DNA from: Mobula hypostoma | Lineage: Eukaryota | Length of the DNA: 64,000 bases | Direction of reading: 5' to 3' | Assembly: GCF_963921235.1 (NCBI RefSeq) | Contig: NC_086108.1 | Coordinates: forward strand, 77,502,001-77,566,000 | Shown: positions 1 to 13,605 of the stretch, one piece after another | Layout: every line of letters begins with the position of its first letter | Numbering within the stretch: position 1 is the first letter of the stretch | Translations under genes and position numbers: made by a program | Notes under the pieces: generated by a model | The model's input: only the letters and a program-made list of their open reading frames with translations | Told to the model about the DNA's origin: nothing | The model's database searches: none

Positions 1-2419
1 CTGGTATCTATAGTAAGTAAAAATGTTCTTGGTCTTTGTGTAACGAGTATTTAGGAATTCTATCATGTATGCATTTTTAACTAATTACCATTACAGTTTA
101 ATCCTGATACTGTTCCCAGCCTATTGCTTTCTCGATGAGACAACTGATAATTCTCAGAAAGGGCTTTTTTTAGATTGAAAACTGTGTTGAATTTTTCTGC
201 CATCATTCCATAGATAGTGGATTTACACCTGCCTCTGGCGCTTCTAAAAACTTTATTTCAACCAGTTGTTCTATGGCCCATCTGAGAGGCATTTGCAACC
301 CTCAATTTAAGAACTGTTGAATCAGAGCCAACTAAGAAAACTAAGTTTTCTTGTTTCTTGAAACTAAGAAACAGCCATTCATTCATGACTATATAGCAAC
401 AGAAACTGGAAGAGAGATGTGGAGGGAGTTTATTGGATCTGAGTGTCATTGGTGTATAAGTATAGCTTTGCCACACAACTTAGTTAAAGGCTTGTTAAAA
501 TTTATTTTAGATTTTGTTACTTGCCATATTAGCTCATCAGATTCTTATTTTGTGGATATCTCAAAAATAACTTAAATTTCCCCAAGGCTCAGTTCATAAC
601 AAAAACATTAAGTAAAATAGCTTATAGGCACAGTACACAGCCTTATTTATCCTACATGTTCTTTGAAAAGGGCACAAAGGCCTCCCTCATTCACACACCA
701 GATAAGAACTGAACCTCCGAGAAAAGGTGATCTCGACCAGACATGTACGTCTTTGGGTCACCTTCATCCAGAAGGCAGGTGGAGGATGGGACTGTAACAA
801 AGAACAGATCATGAATATTACATCTGACTAAGTTAACTAGAAGAGTATTCAAAGGGGCCAATGCTTGAACAGACTCCAGCTCATGATAAGCATCAGGTAA
901 GCCCTTCATCCAACTACCTTAGCATTGCCACAGGGAGAGTGGCCTAGCCATTTCTAACAAATCCTTCTGTTTTCCTGTCAACATGTAATTCTGCCAGCTC
1001 ATCATGCTGCTGGAGATAACCACCTGCAGCTATAAACCAACATCACTCTGGGAGCCCTTAGTCTGCAAGTATTCTGTAAAATTTCAAACCTTCAAAAGAA
1101 TGAAGAAAATAGCATAGTGTACAGAATTCTTGTGACTCCCTTTTGTCACAGTGATAATTTTCAATTATCCATGCCTAAAATTATCAGGGTTCTAAGAGTG
1201 AGATATCCCTGAGTACTCAGTTCCCAAACCATGAGAACTCCTGAGCTCTCTGGAGATTTAGGGGTTGTGTCCTTTCTGACTTTCACAAGATAGAGTGATA
1301 TTTTTAAACTACTTTTCTCGTCTCTCTTTCTGTAATTAAACTGATGATAATATTTTGAGATAAACATTTTGAATTTTCCCTCAAGTTACTAACTTGTATC
1401 ATTATTTTATGGAGAAATTATACCTGTTTTTTTCCTGCCACAATGTGTAAGATAATTCAGATCCTTTTATCCCAAAAGCTCTGTAATCTGTATCATTCAT
1501 GCAGTGACTCTAAATGAGGTTGGTCAGGCTTTTTAGATATTTAGCTTCTGGGGAACTGAGCACATACGAAACCTTCTGTAGTTTAGGGTGCACCTGGGTG
1601 CTTTTAATGTGTCAAATGCCCATTGAAAATTAGCCTGATTACAGTGCCCATGGCTGGGTGTTTATATTAAATGTCTGAAATTTACTTGATTGCCCAATTT
1701 CCACAAAACTGGCAGGATAAACTTTTGATTAATGCACATAGCAGAACACAACAGTACCTCTGTAAAATACCTCTGGATATTCCTCTGTATTAACAATGCT
1801 ACATATATTAAAGCCATTGCTGTAGTTGAATGCAATATAATAGAAATAGATATCACAGAAAGGATGATACAGCATAATAGAAAATAGTAGCACAGCTTAT
1901 GACAAGGCTCCTCTCCCCCACTTTCTCTGCTACTGAAAACAAACATGATTTTTTCTCTTTCCCAGTTCCGATGAAGGATCCTGGATTTAAAACATTATGG
2001 TTCCAGCATTTTCTCTTTTTATCCCAATAAATCTCTTTTGGATTCTGATGGTTTATCTCATGCCATACTAACAATTTCCACCTGCTGATTCCGACTCATT
2101 TCTGAATTGTGACTCACTCACTTCAGGTTTCAAAGTTACACTCAGGCAGAACTAATGATGCTAAAGCGGATGCTTTGGTAATATTCTAACTTGTGTGTTG
2201 CACTGCTGTTCAAACACAATCAGCAACATCTTTAAAGCTTGCGGTGTGTGTGTTTTATTCCATTTTGTGACTAGAGATTGCCTATGACTCTGTCATCTTG
2301 ATCCAGAGGAGTTATATGCAAAGTTCAACAGCAGGACTCTATTTTTAAGGAAAATGGTCTTTTGATTGGTATTTCAGCAGCACGTGTTATGTTACACAGA
2401 CCAATAAAGTCTGGGTCCA

Positions 2420-2800
2420 AGTTATCAATGAGACTCCTGCCTCTGAGTGAAATGGGTATGTGTTCGCACACTGCTCCAACGATCTTGCCTTAATGCTCCA
2501 ATGCATATAGAGGGAGTGCTGTGCTATCAAATCTACTCTCTTTTAGAATAGAAGTCAAATTGAAATACTGTCAGTTTTCTTGAGGTAATCATAAGGCACA
2601 CCACTGAAGAACAGAATATTGGCTAGAAAACAATGTTTGACATTTATCTCAAAATGTGCATGACTGGAGATCACATTGTTGCTTCTGCGGTTTTGTTGTA
2701 TTCAAATTTTTTGCAGCACTCCCTACATTATAACACTACCCTTCAAAAGTACTTTGTTATCTGTGAATTCTTTAAGATCGCTTTAGGTTTAGAAGGTGCT
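2420..2800 (+). mobile_element. Ancient Deu-domain SINE remnant (SacSINE1/AmnSINE-like)
   Basis: Blocks GAGGGAGTGCTGTGCT, ATCACATTGTTGCTT and CCTACATTATAACACTACCCTTCAAAAGTACTT resemble the Deu-SINE core and L2-type tail as I recall them. Highly diverged. Confidence 0.55.
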
Positions 2801-3094
2801 GAAAGCCTGCACGCATCCAGGATTGTGAGGAGTATTCCACTGCAATTTGAAATGAAGGTGAGAAGTCCAGGAAAAGTTCAGCAGGTGAGACAGCCTCTGT
2901 GGAGTGTGAAGCAGTCAATTTTTCAGGCCAATAATCTTTCAAGAGAATTCACGTCTTTGTACTAGAATATAGACTCCTTATCTCAGAAGACCCACTTGGT
3001 ACTTCCAGCATCTTCTGTCCTTGATGACCCTTCTGAATCATTACTTCTGTCATTCTCTTCACCGGTACTCTCTAAACTGCTGAGTATCTCCAGC

Positions 3095-3690
3095 ATTATA
3101 GAGTCATAGACTCACAGTGTTATATAGCATGGGAATAGGCCCTTCAGCCTAACCTGTGCATGCCAACCAAGTTGGCTACCCTATCTGTGAAAACCTTGTC
3201 CCTCTTAGACTGTGCCCTTTAGTTTTAGACTCCACAATCCTGGGAAAAAGAAAACTGCAACCATCCATGATATCTTTGCTTCTCATGATTTGATATACCT
3301 TTATAAAGTCACTGCTCAGCCTTCTTTGCTCCAGGAAAATCAATATTCACTACCCAGCATTCCTTATAATTTAAGCGCTCCACTGCTGGCAATATCCTTG
3401 TGAGTCTTTTCTGCACTCTCTCCGGTTTAATGAACTGTTATGTGAACTGTACACAGCATTTTGGGTGCAGTATCACTAACGTCATGTACAGCTGTAACAT
3501 GATATCCCATATCTTGTACTCAATGCACTGTCCGATGAAGGCAAACTCGCTTTCTGTCTTCTTTGTCATCATGCCCAATTGTGTTGCCACCTTCAGGGAG
3601 CTACGTACTTGTTCCCCTGGACGTACCTATTCCACAACACTCTCCAGGGCCTGGTCATTCACTGCCTGTGTCCTATCCTGGTTTAACTTT
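3095..3690 (-). mobile_element. Degraded CR1 LINE 3' fragment
   Basis: Begins with an ATAGAGTCATAG tail and GGCCCTTCAGCC, like the other minus-strand CR1 3' ends in the window. Confidence 0.55.
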
Positions 3691-3827
3691 CTGTTCTTGT
3701 TTCTGCACAATGGTTTTTTAAATGAGTGATTTGATTCAAATATTGATGTTTACAGTCTTGATGATGTTTATGAAATTGGAGATGCTATTGGCTTTGTTTT
3801 GTTCACGTTAATGTTTCTTACAGCATG

Positions 3828-4050
3828 AGAGTGGTGGGTGCGAAGAATGCACTGCCAGTAACCGTGGTGGAAGCAGATACAATAGGGTCTTTTAAGAGAC
3901 TCTTAGATAAGTGCATGGAACTTAGAAAAATAGAGGGCTATGCGCTAGGGAAATTCTAGGCAGCTTCTAGAGTAGGTTACATGGTTGGCACAGCATTGTG
4001 GGCCGAAGGGCCTGTAATGTAGAGTAGATATCTATGTTCTATGTTCTATG
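3828..4050 (+). mobile_element. Short CR1 3' end
   Basis: End of ORF2 plus GGGCCGAAGGGCCTG and a (TTCTATG)n tail. Similar to 33037-33260 (minus). Confidence 0.8.
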
Positions 4051-4204
4051 AATGTTAGCTGCTTGTACCTAGCCAGATATTGATAATTCTTTCACTATTA
4101 GCAGTATTGAGAGTGAAGCTGACTGCAGAAGATTTTAGCAACATCCACAATCCTGACCTTTCATTTAAAGGATGGAGTTTGAAATACTTAATAATGCTGA
4201 GATA

Positions 4205-7200
4205 TAGTCATAGAGTCTGAGAACACTGCAGCACAGAAACAGGCACCTTGGGCCATCTAGTCCATGTCAAACCACTAATCTGTCTAGCCCCATCGACCAG
4301 CACCTGGACCAGAGCCCTCCATACCCATCCCACCCATGTACCTATCTAAATTTCTCTTAAATGTTGAAATCAAACCCAAATCCACCACTTTGGCTGGCAG
4401 CTCATTCCACACTCTCACCACCCTCTGTGTGAAGTCGTCCTCCCTCAAGTTCCCCAAAACATTCCACCTTTCACCATTAGCCTCAGTAGAAAAAGCGTGC
4501 AGTTACCCTAATCTATACCCTTCATTATTTAGTATACCTCGATCAAGTCTCCCTTCAATATTCTACATTCTAGAGAATAAAAGTCCTCACCTATTCAACA
4601 TTTCCCTATAGCTCAGGTCCTCAAGCCCTGGCTACATCCTTGTAAATCTTCTCTGTATTCTTTCAATCTTATTTACATCTTCCCTGAGGGTACGTGAACA
4701 AACTGTGCACCATATTCCAAATTAGGTCTCACCAACGTCTTGTACAATTTCAACATAACATCCCAAATTCCTGTACTCAATACATTAATTTATCAAGGCC
4801 AATGTGCTAAAAGCTTTCTTTATGATTCTATATTCCTATGACACCCATTTCAAGGAATTATAGATACCTGTTCCCAGATCCTTCTGATCTACCATACTCC
4901 TCAGTGTCCTACTGCACACCATGCAAGGTCTACCCTGGATGGTCCTCACAAAGTGCAGCACCTTGCTCTTACCTGCATTAAATACTATCTACCAATTTTC
5001 AGCCCATTTTCCATCTGGTCCAGATCCTATTGCAAGTTTTGATCGTTCTCCTCGCTATCCACTACTTCTCCATTCTTGGTTTCATCCACAAACTTGATTA
5101 TCTAATTTACCATGTTATCATCATTGATGTAGATGACAACCAAACCAACACCAATCATTGTGGCAAACCACTAGTCCCAGGCCTCCAGTCAGAGAGGCAA
5201 CTATCTACTACCAACCCCTAGCTTCTCTTGCAAAGCCAATGTATAATCCAATTTACTATCTCATTTTTAAAGCCAAGCAACTGAACCTTCTTGACCAACC
5301 TCCTCTGTGGGACCTTGTCAAAGGCTTGGTAAAATCCATGTAAACAACATCCGCTGCCTTGCCTTCATCCACTTCCCTGGTAACTTCCTTGAAAAACTCT
5401 ATAAGATTAGTTAGACATGACCTACCATGCACGCAGCTATATTGACTATCCTTAATCAGTCCCTGTCTATGCAAATACTTATATATCCAGTCCTTGAGAA
5501 TATCTTCCAATAACTTTCCCATTACTGATGTCAGGCTCACTGACCTATAATTTCCTGGCTTATTCTTAGAGCCTTTCTTAAACAATGGAAAAACATTAGC
5601 TATTCTCTAATCCTCTGGTATCTCACCCGTGGTTAAAGATGTTTTAAATATCTCTCCTAGAGCCTCAGAAATTTTTCCATTAGCTTTCGACGGGGTTTGA
5701 GGGAACACTTGTCAGGCCCTGGGGATATATCCACCCTACTTTGCCTCAAGACAGCAAACACCTCCCCCTCTATAATCTGTATAGGATCTATGACCTCACT
5801 CCTGCTTTGCCTCACTTCTATAACTCTGTCCCATGTCTTGAGTAAAGACAGATGCAAAAAAATCTATTTAAGATCTCTCTCATCTCTTTCAGCTCCACGC
5901 GTAGATTACCATTCTGATCTTCCAGAGGGCCAATTTTCTCCCTTGCAATCCTTTCGCTCTTAATATATCTGCAGAAGCCTTTTGGATTCTTCTTTACTTT
6001 GTCTGTTGCAACAAACTCATGCCTTCTTTTAGCCCTCCTGATTTCCTCCCTAAGTGTTCTCTTGTTTTTCTTATACTCCTCAGGTACCTCATTTGTTCCT
6101 GCCTGCCTATACCTTCCTATGCACCCCCTCCTCTTTTTTAACCGGGACTTCACTATCTCTCAAAATCAAGGTTCCTTAATCCTGTTATGCTTGCCTTTTA
6201 CTCTAACAGGGACATACTAACTCTGTACTCTCAAAAATTTCACTTTTGAATGTCTCCTACTCACCAAGTACACTTTGCCAGAAAACAGCCTGTCCCAATC
6301 CACACTTGCCAGATCCTGTCTGATTACATCAAAATTAGCCTTTCTCCAATTTAGAATTTCAACCCAAGGACCAGACCTATCTTTTTGCATACTTCCTTTG
6401 AAACTAATGTCATTCTGATCACTAGATGCAAAGTGTTTCCCTACACAAACTTTTGTCACTTGCCCTGTCTCATTCCCGAATAGCAAATCTAGTATCGCAC
6501 TCTCTCTAGTTGGGACCTTTATGCACTGACTAAAGAAAGTTCCTTTAACATATTTGACAAACTCTTTCCCATCCAGCCCTCTTACAGTATGGGAGTCCCA
6601 GTCAATATGTGGAAACTTCAAAGATCACCTACAATCACAACCTTATGTTTCTTGCAGAAGTCTTCAATCTTTCTACCTATTTGCTCCTCTAAATCCCATG
6701 TTCAATTAGGTGGTCTAGAATATAATCCAATTAATGTGTCATACCTTCCTTATTCTTTACTTCTACAAATAAAGCCTCACTAAATGAGCTCTTCAGTCTG
6801 TCCTGTCTGACCACTGCTGTGACATTTTCTCTGACTAGTAATGCCACCCCTCCTCCTGAATTTCTTCAACTCAATCACGTCTCAAACAACAAAATCCTGG
6901 AACTTTGAGCTACTAGTCTTAACCCTCCTGCAACCAAGTCTCCCTAATGACTACAATGTCATTATTTTACATGCTGATTCATGCCCTAAACTCATATAGA
7001 GTGCTGTATGAGGTCATTCTTAACCTCAGCCATTAGGTTCTTTAATGAGTTAACCTATAGACAGGGAAGTGATGACCCCCTCCTGTTAGACTGTTTGTGG
7101 TAACTTATTTTTTATTCTTTCTACTTCTCTCTTAATATTTATATCTGTGCATTTGTAATGCTACTGTGACACTGTAATTTCCTTTGGGATCAATAAATTA

Positions 7201-7590
7201 TCAACCTATCAATCTAACTATCTGCCTTCCCTTGCATTGAAATACATGCAGCTCAGAACTTTAGTCCCAACATGCTAAACCTTTTGATTCCTGACTTTGT
7301 ATGCAGACTTAACAATATCTTTCTCCAGAACTTCTGCACTATCTGTTCTGGTTCCCATCACCCTGCAAATCTAGTTTAACCACCCCCCCCCCCACGTCCC
7401 CATGCAGCACTAGCAAATGTTCCTGCTAGGATATATGTTCCCTCTAGGATATTTGTCCCCTCCAGTTCAGCTTCAATCTGTCCCTTTTGTACAGGCCCAT
7501 CCTCTCCTGAAAGAGAGCCCAACAGTCCAAAATTCTAATACCCACCCTCCTGTACCATCTCCTTAGCACCTGTTAAACTGTATGATCTTG
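4205..7590 (-). mobile_element. Degraded CR1 LINE (ORF1 end plus ORF2)
   Basis: Minus-strand fragments FKKGSKNKPGNYRSVSLTS, DVVYMDF and PTRESAILDLLFGN are homologous to the intact ORF2 at 49911-52943. Many stops and frameshifts. Confidence 0.9.
6996..7223 (+). mobile_element. Rex1-like LINE 3' end inserted in CR1
   Basis: Ends TTTCCTTTGGGATCAATAAA plus an (ATCT)-like tail, as in the Rex1 end at 18178-18227. CR1 sequence resumes on both sides. Confidence 0.7.
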
Positions 7591-8464
7591 TTATTTTTAG
7601 ATATTCTGAAGTAGATTATTTGATATAAACTTAGGACATAGTACAGCAAATTACCAGGTCCTTTGCCCACCCATCATGATGTAGAATTAATCTATCTACT
7701 GCAGCTATATATGAACCAGGTGCCCTTCCAGGCACCTACCACTTATCCAGATTTATCCATATTTGGAAATCAAACATCCAAACCCAGATTTATCCAGAGT
7801 TACTGCCATTTTGGATAAATTTGAGGAAATATCACTCATTCATGAAGAAAATATAAAGATAAAATTTTAAATTGTGAAGAGCTGGAAACTCATTTGTGGT
7901 CTCAACATCAGCAAAACCAAAGACTTGATTATTGACTACAGGAGGAAGAAAACAAAGGTCCGTGAGCCGGTCCACATTAATGGACTGGAGGTAGAGTCAG
8001 TCCGTAATTTTAAATTCCTTGGCATTATCATATCAGAGGATCTGTCTGGGGACTAGCACACAAATGCCGCCACAAAGAATGCAGGACAGTACCTCCACTG
8101 TCTTCGAAGTTTGTGTAGATTTGGTATGTCATCTAAAAGTTTGACAAACTTCTATTGATGCACAAGAGTATCCCAACAGATCGCATCATGGCCTGGTGTG
8201 GAAACACCAATGTCCAAATACAGAAAAGCCTACAAAAAGTGGTGGACACAGCCCTGTTCATCAAAGGCAATGCACACCCCACCATTGAGCACATCTACAA
8301 GGAGCGCTGCCACAAGAAAGCAGCATCAATAGTCAAGGACCAGGTCCTGGTCCCACACCACCCTTCAACCATCAGGCTCCCGAACCAGCCTGGATAACTT
8401 CACTCACTTCAATTCTGAACTGATTTACAACCTAAACAGTCAGGGCCCCAAACAGTCCTTCCAG

Positions 8465-8791
8465 GTGAGGCAACACTTCACCTGTGAGTCGGCTGGGGTG
8501 ATATACTGCGTCCGGTGCTCCCGATGTGGCCTTTTCTATATTGGCGAGACCCGACGCAGACTGGGAGACCGCTTTGCTGAACATCTACGCTCTGTCCGCC
8601 AGAAAAAGCAGGATCTCCCAGTGGCCACACATTTTAATTCCACATCCCATTCCCATTCTGACATGTCTATCCACGGCCTCCTCTACTGTAAAGATGAAGC
8701 CACACTCAGGTTGGAGGAACAACACCTTATATTCCGTCTGGGTAGCCTCCAACCTGATGGCATGAACATCGACTTCTCTAACTTCCGCTAA
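8465..8791 (+). CDS. PLE GIY-YIG endonuclease domain (C-terminal fragment; the start is not native)
   Basis: VIYCVRCSRCGLFYIGETRRRLGDRFAEH ... HF ... GMN: GIY-YIG signature with the PLE CxxC/H/H residues. Confidence 0.85.
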   Translation: MRQHFTCESAGVIYCVRCSRCGLFYIGETRRRLGDRFAEHLRSVRQKKQDLPVATHFNSTSHSHSDMSIHGLLYCKDEATLRLEEQHLIFRLGSLQPDGMNIDFSNFR

Positions 8792-9081
8792 TGCCCCACC
8801 TCCCCCTCGTACCCCATCTGTTACTTATTTTTATACACACATTCTTTCTCTCCCTCTCCTTTTTCTCCCTCTGTCCCTCTGAATATACCCCTTGCCCATC
8901 CTCTAGGTCCCCCCCCCTGTCTTTCTTCCCGGACCTCCTGTCCCAAGATCCTCTCGTATCCCTTTTGTCTATCACCTGTCCAGCTCTTGGCTCCATCCCT
9001 CCCCCTCCTGTCTTCTCCTATCATTTTGGATCTCCCCCTCCCCCTCCAACTTTCAAATCCCTTACTCACTCTTCCTTCAGT

Positions 9082-9119
9082 TAGTCCTGACGAAGGGTCG
9101 TGGCCTGAAACGTCGACTG
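9082..9119 (+). ncRNA. Minimal type I hammerhead ribozyme (PLE-associated)
   Basis: TAGTC-CTGACGA-AGGGTCGTGGCCT-GAAAC-GTC-GACTG: conserved CUGANGA and GAAA boxes, GUC cleavage triplet, helix I UAGUC/GACUG. Confidence 0.75.
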
Positions 9120-10039
9120 CACCTCTTCCTACAGATGCTGCCTGGCCTTCTGCGTTCACCAGCAACTTTTATGTGTGTTGCTTACAACCTATGAACTCAC
9201 TTCCAAGGATTCTACAACTCATGTTTTCAGTATTACCCATAGGAAAATACATTTTCTTCTTTGCATTTTAACAGTTTGCCATCTTTATCATATTGGTTTT
9301 TTGTTAGTCTCTATGGTAGATTTTCATTATATCTGTTATATTTCTTCATTCTACTGCGAATATCTGCAAGAAAATGAACCTCAGGGTAGCATATGGTGAC
9401 GATAATGTACTTTGAACAGGCTCCTGAACCAGCGAGGGTAACTTCGCTCTGCTCAACAAGGAATTGATCATTGAGCACAACCAGTGGACTCACTTTCGAA
9501 GACTCTACAACTCATGTTTTCAGTATTATTTATTTATTTATTTGTTTGTTTGTTTGCATTTGTACAGCTTGTCCTCTTTTGCATATTGGTTGCTTGTCAG
9601 ATTTTATGTGTCGTACTTCATTGATTCGACTGTATTTCTGCTTTCTACTGTGAATGCCTGGAAGAAAATGAATCTCATGGTGACATTTATGATACTTCAA
9701 TGATAAATTTACTTTGAACTTTGAGGAGGTACTCCTACTTTTGATGTGGGAACATTTTCTTAAATATAGAGATTCTCTTAGAAAATTTCTCAGTTAGTAA
9801 CTTTTAAAATAATATTATAAAAATAATATAATACTTCAAAACATCCTGAAACACATTTGGCACATCTGATTTACTTCACTATAATTAAGCGATGGTTCAA
9901 AATGTTACCCATTACATTATTGCTTCCCTCTCTGAGAACCGAGATAATAAAATATATGGTGTTGACTGAGCTAACTTAAGAAGTAAATCTTAGATGAAAT
10001 ACCGTAAAAATTGAAATGAAACACTGACATATTTCGCAT

Positions 10040-11930
10040 TAGAACAGTACATCTCAGGACCAGCCCATTTGGCCCACCATATCTGCACTGATCATGTCGC
10101 CAAAATAAATTAATCACATCTGCCTGCACATGCTCCTCATCCCTCAATTCCCTGCCCGTTCATGTGTCTGTCAAAGTGCCTCTTAAACATTGTTTTGGAT
10201 CTGCTTCCATCTCCTCCCCTGCAGCACTTTCCATGTACATAACATTCTCTATTTTAAAACAAAACTCGTCTCACAAATTTCTATTAAACTTTCTTTTTCT
10301 TGCTTTAAATCCAAGTCCTTTAGTATTTGACATTTCCAATCTGGGAATAAGACATTGACAATCAATCTTATTTATGCCTCTCATAATCTCACATCCTTTG
10401 CAGATTTCACTTCAGCCTCTCCGCTCTAGAGAAAACCACTAAAGTTTTTCAACTTCTTTAATCCGGGCAGCATAATGGTTAATCTTTTCTGTTCACCCTA
10501 CCAAAGCTTCCATATCCTTCTTATAATATGGAGTCAAAACTGTATAGAATACTCCAAATGCCGCTAACCAAGGTTTTATATACTTGCAACATTCTTCCTG
10601 ATTCTTAATATCAATACCCTGACCAAGGATGCCTGGCATGCCCCATGCCTTCTTTATCAGTATATCCACTGGTGTTATCACTTTCAGCAGCACCCTACAA
10701 TCTGTCCATACGTCTACGGTCCACTTACTTAATATTTTCTTCTTGCATTTGACCTCCTAAGATGTATCATCTCACACTTGTCTAGATTAAACTCCATCTG
10801 TCACTCCTCCTTCCAGAATTTCCAGCTGAAATATATCCTGCTATACCCTTTGACAACCTTTCTCATTATCCAGAACGCCACCACTTTTTGTATCATCTGC
10901 TAACTTATTAATCAAATCTACATTTTTATTTGAATCATGAATATTGATTACGCAAGATGGAGGTCCCAGCACTGATCCTTCTCAAATGTTTTATTAAAGT
11001 CCATGCTGACAACTTCCAATGTTATACCCTCATCAATCATCTTCATCACTTCCTCAAATAACTCAATCAAATTTGAGAGACATGACCTCTGCCACAAAAA
11101 AAATGCTGACTTTCCCCAATAAGTCCATGCTTTTTCAAATGCAAATAAATCCTTCTTCTTCAATAATTTCCCTATCATTGATATAAGTCTTACCAAGCTA
11201 TTAGATTAGATTATGGGACACACAGTCCTCTTTTATTGTCATTTAGTAATGCATGAATTAAGAAATGATACAGTGCTCTTCCAGAATGATATCACAGAAA
11301 CACAAGACAAACCAAGACTGAAAAACTGACAAAAAAAACACAATTATAACATATAGTTACAACAGTGCAAAGCAATACCGTAATTTGATAAAGAACAGAC
11401 CGTGGGTACGGTAAAAAAAAGTCTCAAAGTCTCGAAAGTCCCATCACCTCATGCAGACGGTAGAAGGAAGAAAAACTCTCCCTGCCATGAGCTTCCAGCG
11501 CCGCAAACTTGCCGATGCAGCATCCTGGAAGCACCCGAATTCAGCTGACTCTTGAGTCCGTCCGAAAACTTTGAGCCTCCGAACAGCCCTCCGATACCGA
11601 GCACCATCTCTGCTGAGTGCTTCGACCCCAGCCGCAGCAACAAGCAATAGGCAAAGCCGAGGATTTGGGACCTTCCTCTCCAGAGATTCTCAATCGCACA
11701 GTAGCAGCGGCAGCGAACCGGGCATTTCAGAAGTTTCTCCAGATGTTCCTCTGTGCTTCTCACTTCTGTCCCCATCAAATCAGGATTGTGCATGGTACCC
11801 ACTTACAAATACGATATCATTTTGGAGCGGCTGCGTGCGCTGCGTCGTGCCGCCATCTTCTCCTCCTGGTTTGTCTCTGTTGTTCTTAAACAAAGGAATG
11901 CCTTTGGCCATTCTCCATTCCTGAGCATTG
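10040..11930 (-). mobile_element. Old CR1 LINE fragment interrupted at 11201-11866
   Basis: SCLSNLIELFEEV...VSMDFNKTFEK (10948-11196). CR1 sequence resumes at CCTGGTTTGTCTCTG after the insert. Confidence 0.75.
11201..11866 (-). mobile_element. ~650-bp non-autonomous retroposon, copy 1
   Basis: Homologous over its length to 22914-23546 and 31513-32203. 5' GGAGGAGAAGATGGCGG, 3' AATAAA plus (TAATC)n. Confidence 0.85.
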
Positions 11931-12567
11931 ATTGTTGCAAGGTTTTAACATATGCCATGAGTCAGGCAATAAAGAAGACATTAATGAGATTTTAAAAACT
12001 GCAAAATTATCTGATTGTTATAGTTTTGCTACGACACAGAAGAGGTCACCTGCCCCAGCAAATCCATGCCATCCCCCATAATAGTAATCCCATCAATCCC
12101 ATTCCCCTATCTATATTTCCCTACAGCATAATAAACTCTCTCTTACATGCCCATCAGCACCCCTTTGATTCATTTGACACCTACCTACAGTAAGGATAAA
12201 TTATCCTTGGGCATGTCACCGTGCCATCATCTTACATCTATTGTTTGTCTGCTAGCCGTAATCTATATTATAAATCCCTTCTGGAGTAGGAAAGACAGGC
12301 ACAGTTACATTATGGAGGGCAGCCAACAGAGAGAAATCAGACCTTTGTGGTCAGCTACAATGAATAAAAAGCAATGGACAGATTAAGAAAATAAGAAAGT
12401 TCATTATTGTTGCACGTTAATGTTTTAATTTTATCTAATGTTTTAAGGCATATAAAATTGTGAAAGTAAGGAAATAAATCATAGAAAATCAAAAACAACT
12501 GGATTAAAAGTAACCTTTTTGAAACCTTTCATCAGTGCTGTACTGTTCTGTGTCAACACCATAAAAA

Positions 12568-12660
12568 ATGACTTGCTCTAACCGAGCTATGTACCAGCTC
12601 AATGATGAACCTCCTGCTGGGGGGGCTGGAGAACCCCGGCTGGGGGAGCCAAAGGCTAAG
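12568..12660 (+). CDS. Candidate host first coding exon (MTCSNRAMYQLNDEPPAGGAGEPRLGEPKAK), gene unknown
   Basis: 31 open codons from AAAAAATGA to AAG|GTTGGT. GC-rich island in non-repetitive AT-rich DNA. No homology recognised. Confidence 0.3.
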
Positions 12661-13567
12661 GTTGGTCCACTGTGCTACTCTGCTAGGCTACAAAGCATCT
12701 GCACACTTTACACTGTTGTACTTTGACAAACAGGGAACGGCAGCACCAATCACTATAATCAAATCTTGGGGAGAGTGAATGGAGACCGAACAAAAACAAA
12801 TTGCAGGTAGTAATGACTGTTTGAAGAGAAGCAATATTTCAAATTGCAAAATTGCTCCAGGTGCTATTAACAAGGGCTGTCAGCAGGTGTGGAATGCTCA
12901 AATGTTTGGTATATGCACAAGCTGAAATTTCCATACAAACTGCATTCAACTCAAACTGACCTTACAAACATCATCATTAATTTTTCTGGAAAGGTTATGG
13001 TCACTTACTTATCCTGCTGATTTCAGTGTCAAATTACAGAGTCCAATAAAATTCTTGGTTCAATTCTTAGTGTGTACTATTTTTTTTCATTTATTCCAGA
13101 CAAGATGACCATAGAGATATTCTCAATACCCTGTTCATGGAAAAAACTACTTAGTATTCTTGCTTGTCAATATTAAATCATAGCATTCCCTTGTCTTCTA
13201 TATTTTTATATTTTCATAGGAAGATACGTTTATTTACATTTATATCTAGTTGGTTTTGAAAAAAAATTGTAATTTGTATGATATTCCAGAAATCCTTGCA
13301 AATCTGTACTAATATGCATCCTCGTATGGATTTCCATCTTGGTTCATTTCTTTGGATGTTATCATTCTGACATTAGCCCCCTGCTCTCCATCACTGAGGT
13401 TCTGTTGGACATTTGTCTCCACCCTCCCCCCCACCCCACCCCTGAATTACTGTGCAGGTCCTGAATGAGGATTTTCAGTAAATGACAAACATACCTTATT
13501 CTATGGTGACACACATAAGAGTTGCTGGTGAACACAGCAGGCCAGGCAGCATCTATAGGAAGAGGTA

Positions 13568-13605
13568 CAGTCGACGTTTCGGGCCGAGACCCTTCGTCAG
13601 GACTA
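13568..13605 (-). ncRNA. Minimal hammerhead ribozyme
   Basis: Exact reverse complement of 14063-14100. Confidence 0.8.

Larger units (their letters stand above)
8435..9181 (+). mobile_element. 5'-truncated Penelope-like element with 10-bp TSD
   Basis: GIY-YIG ORF, pyrimidine-rich UTR and hammerhead motif. TTACAACCTA is duplicated at 8425-8434 and 9182-9191. Confidence 0.9.
7895..9725 (+). mobile_element. Degraded Rex1-like LINE 3' part, interrupted by a PLE, with a second 3' UTR copy at ~9416-9725
   Basis: LNISKTKDLIIDYRRK and FKFLGIIISEDLS match the Rex1 RT C-terminal region. Both tails end ACTTTGAAC. Confidence 0.75.

Noticed and set aside
1..2300. Non-repetitive AT-rich stretch with several short minus-strand ORFs, considered as a pseudogene or endogenous virus
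   Set aside because: Manual translation beyond the ORFs gave frequent stops and no recognisable motif. It remains unexplained, and a TBLASTX search would be needed.
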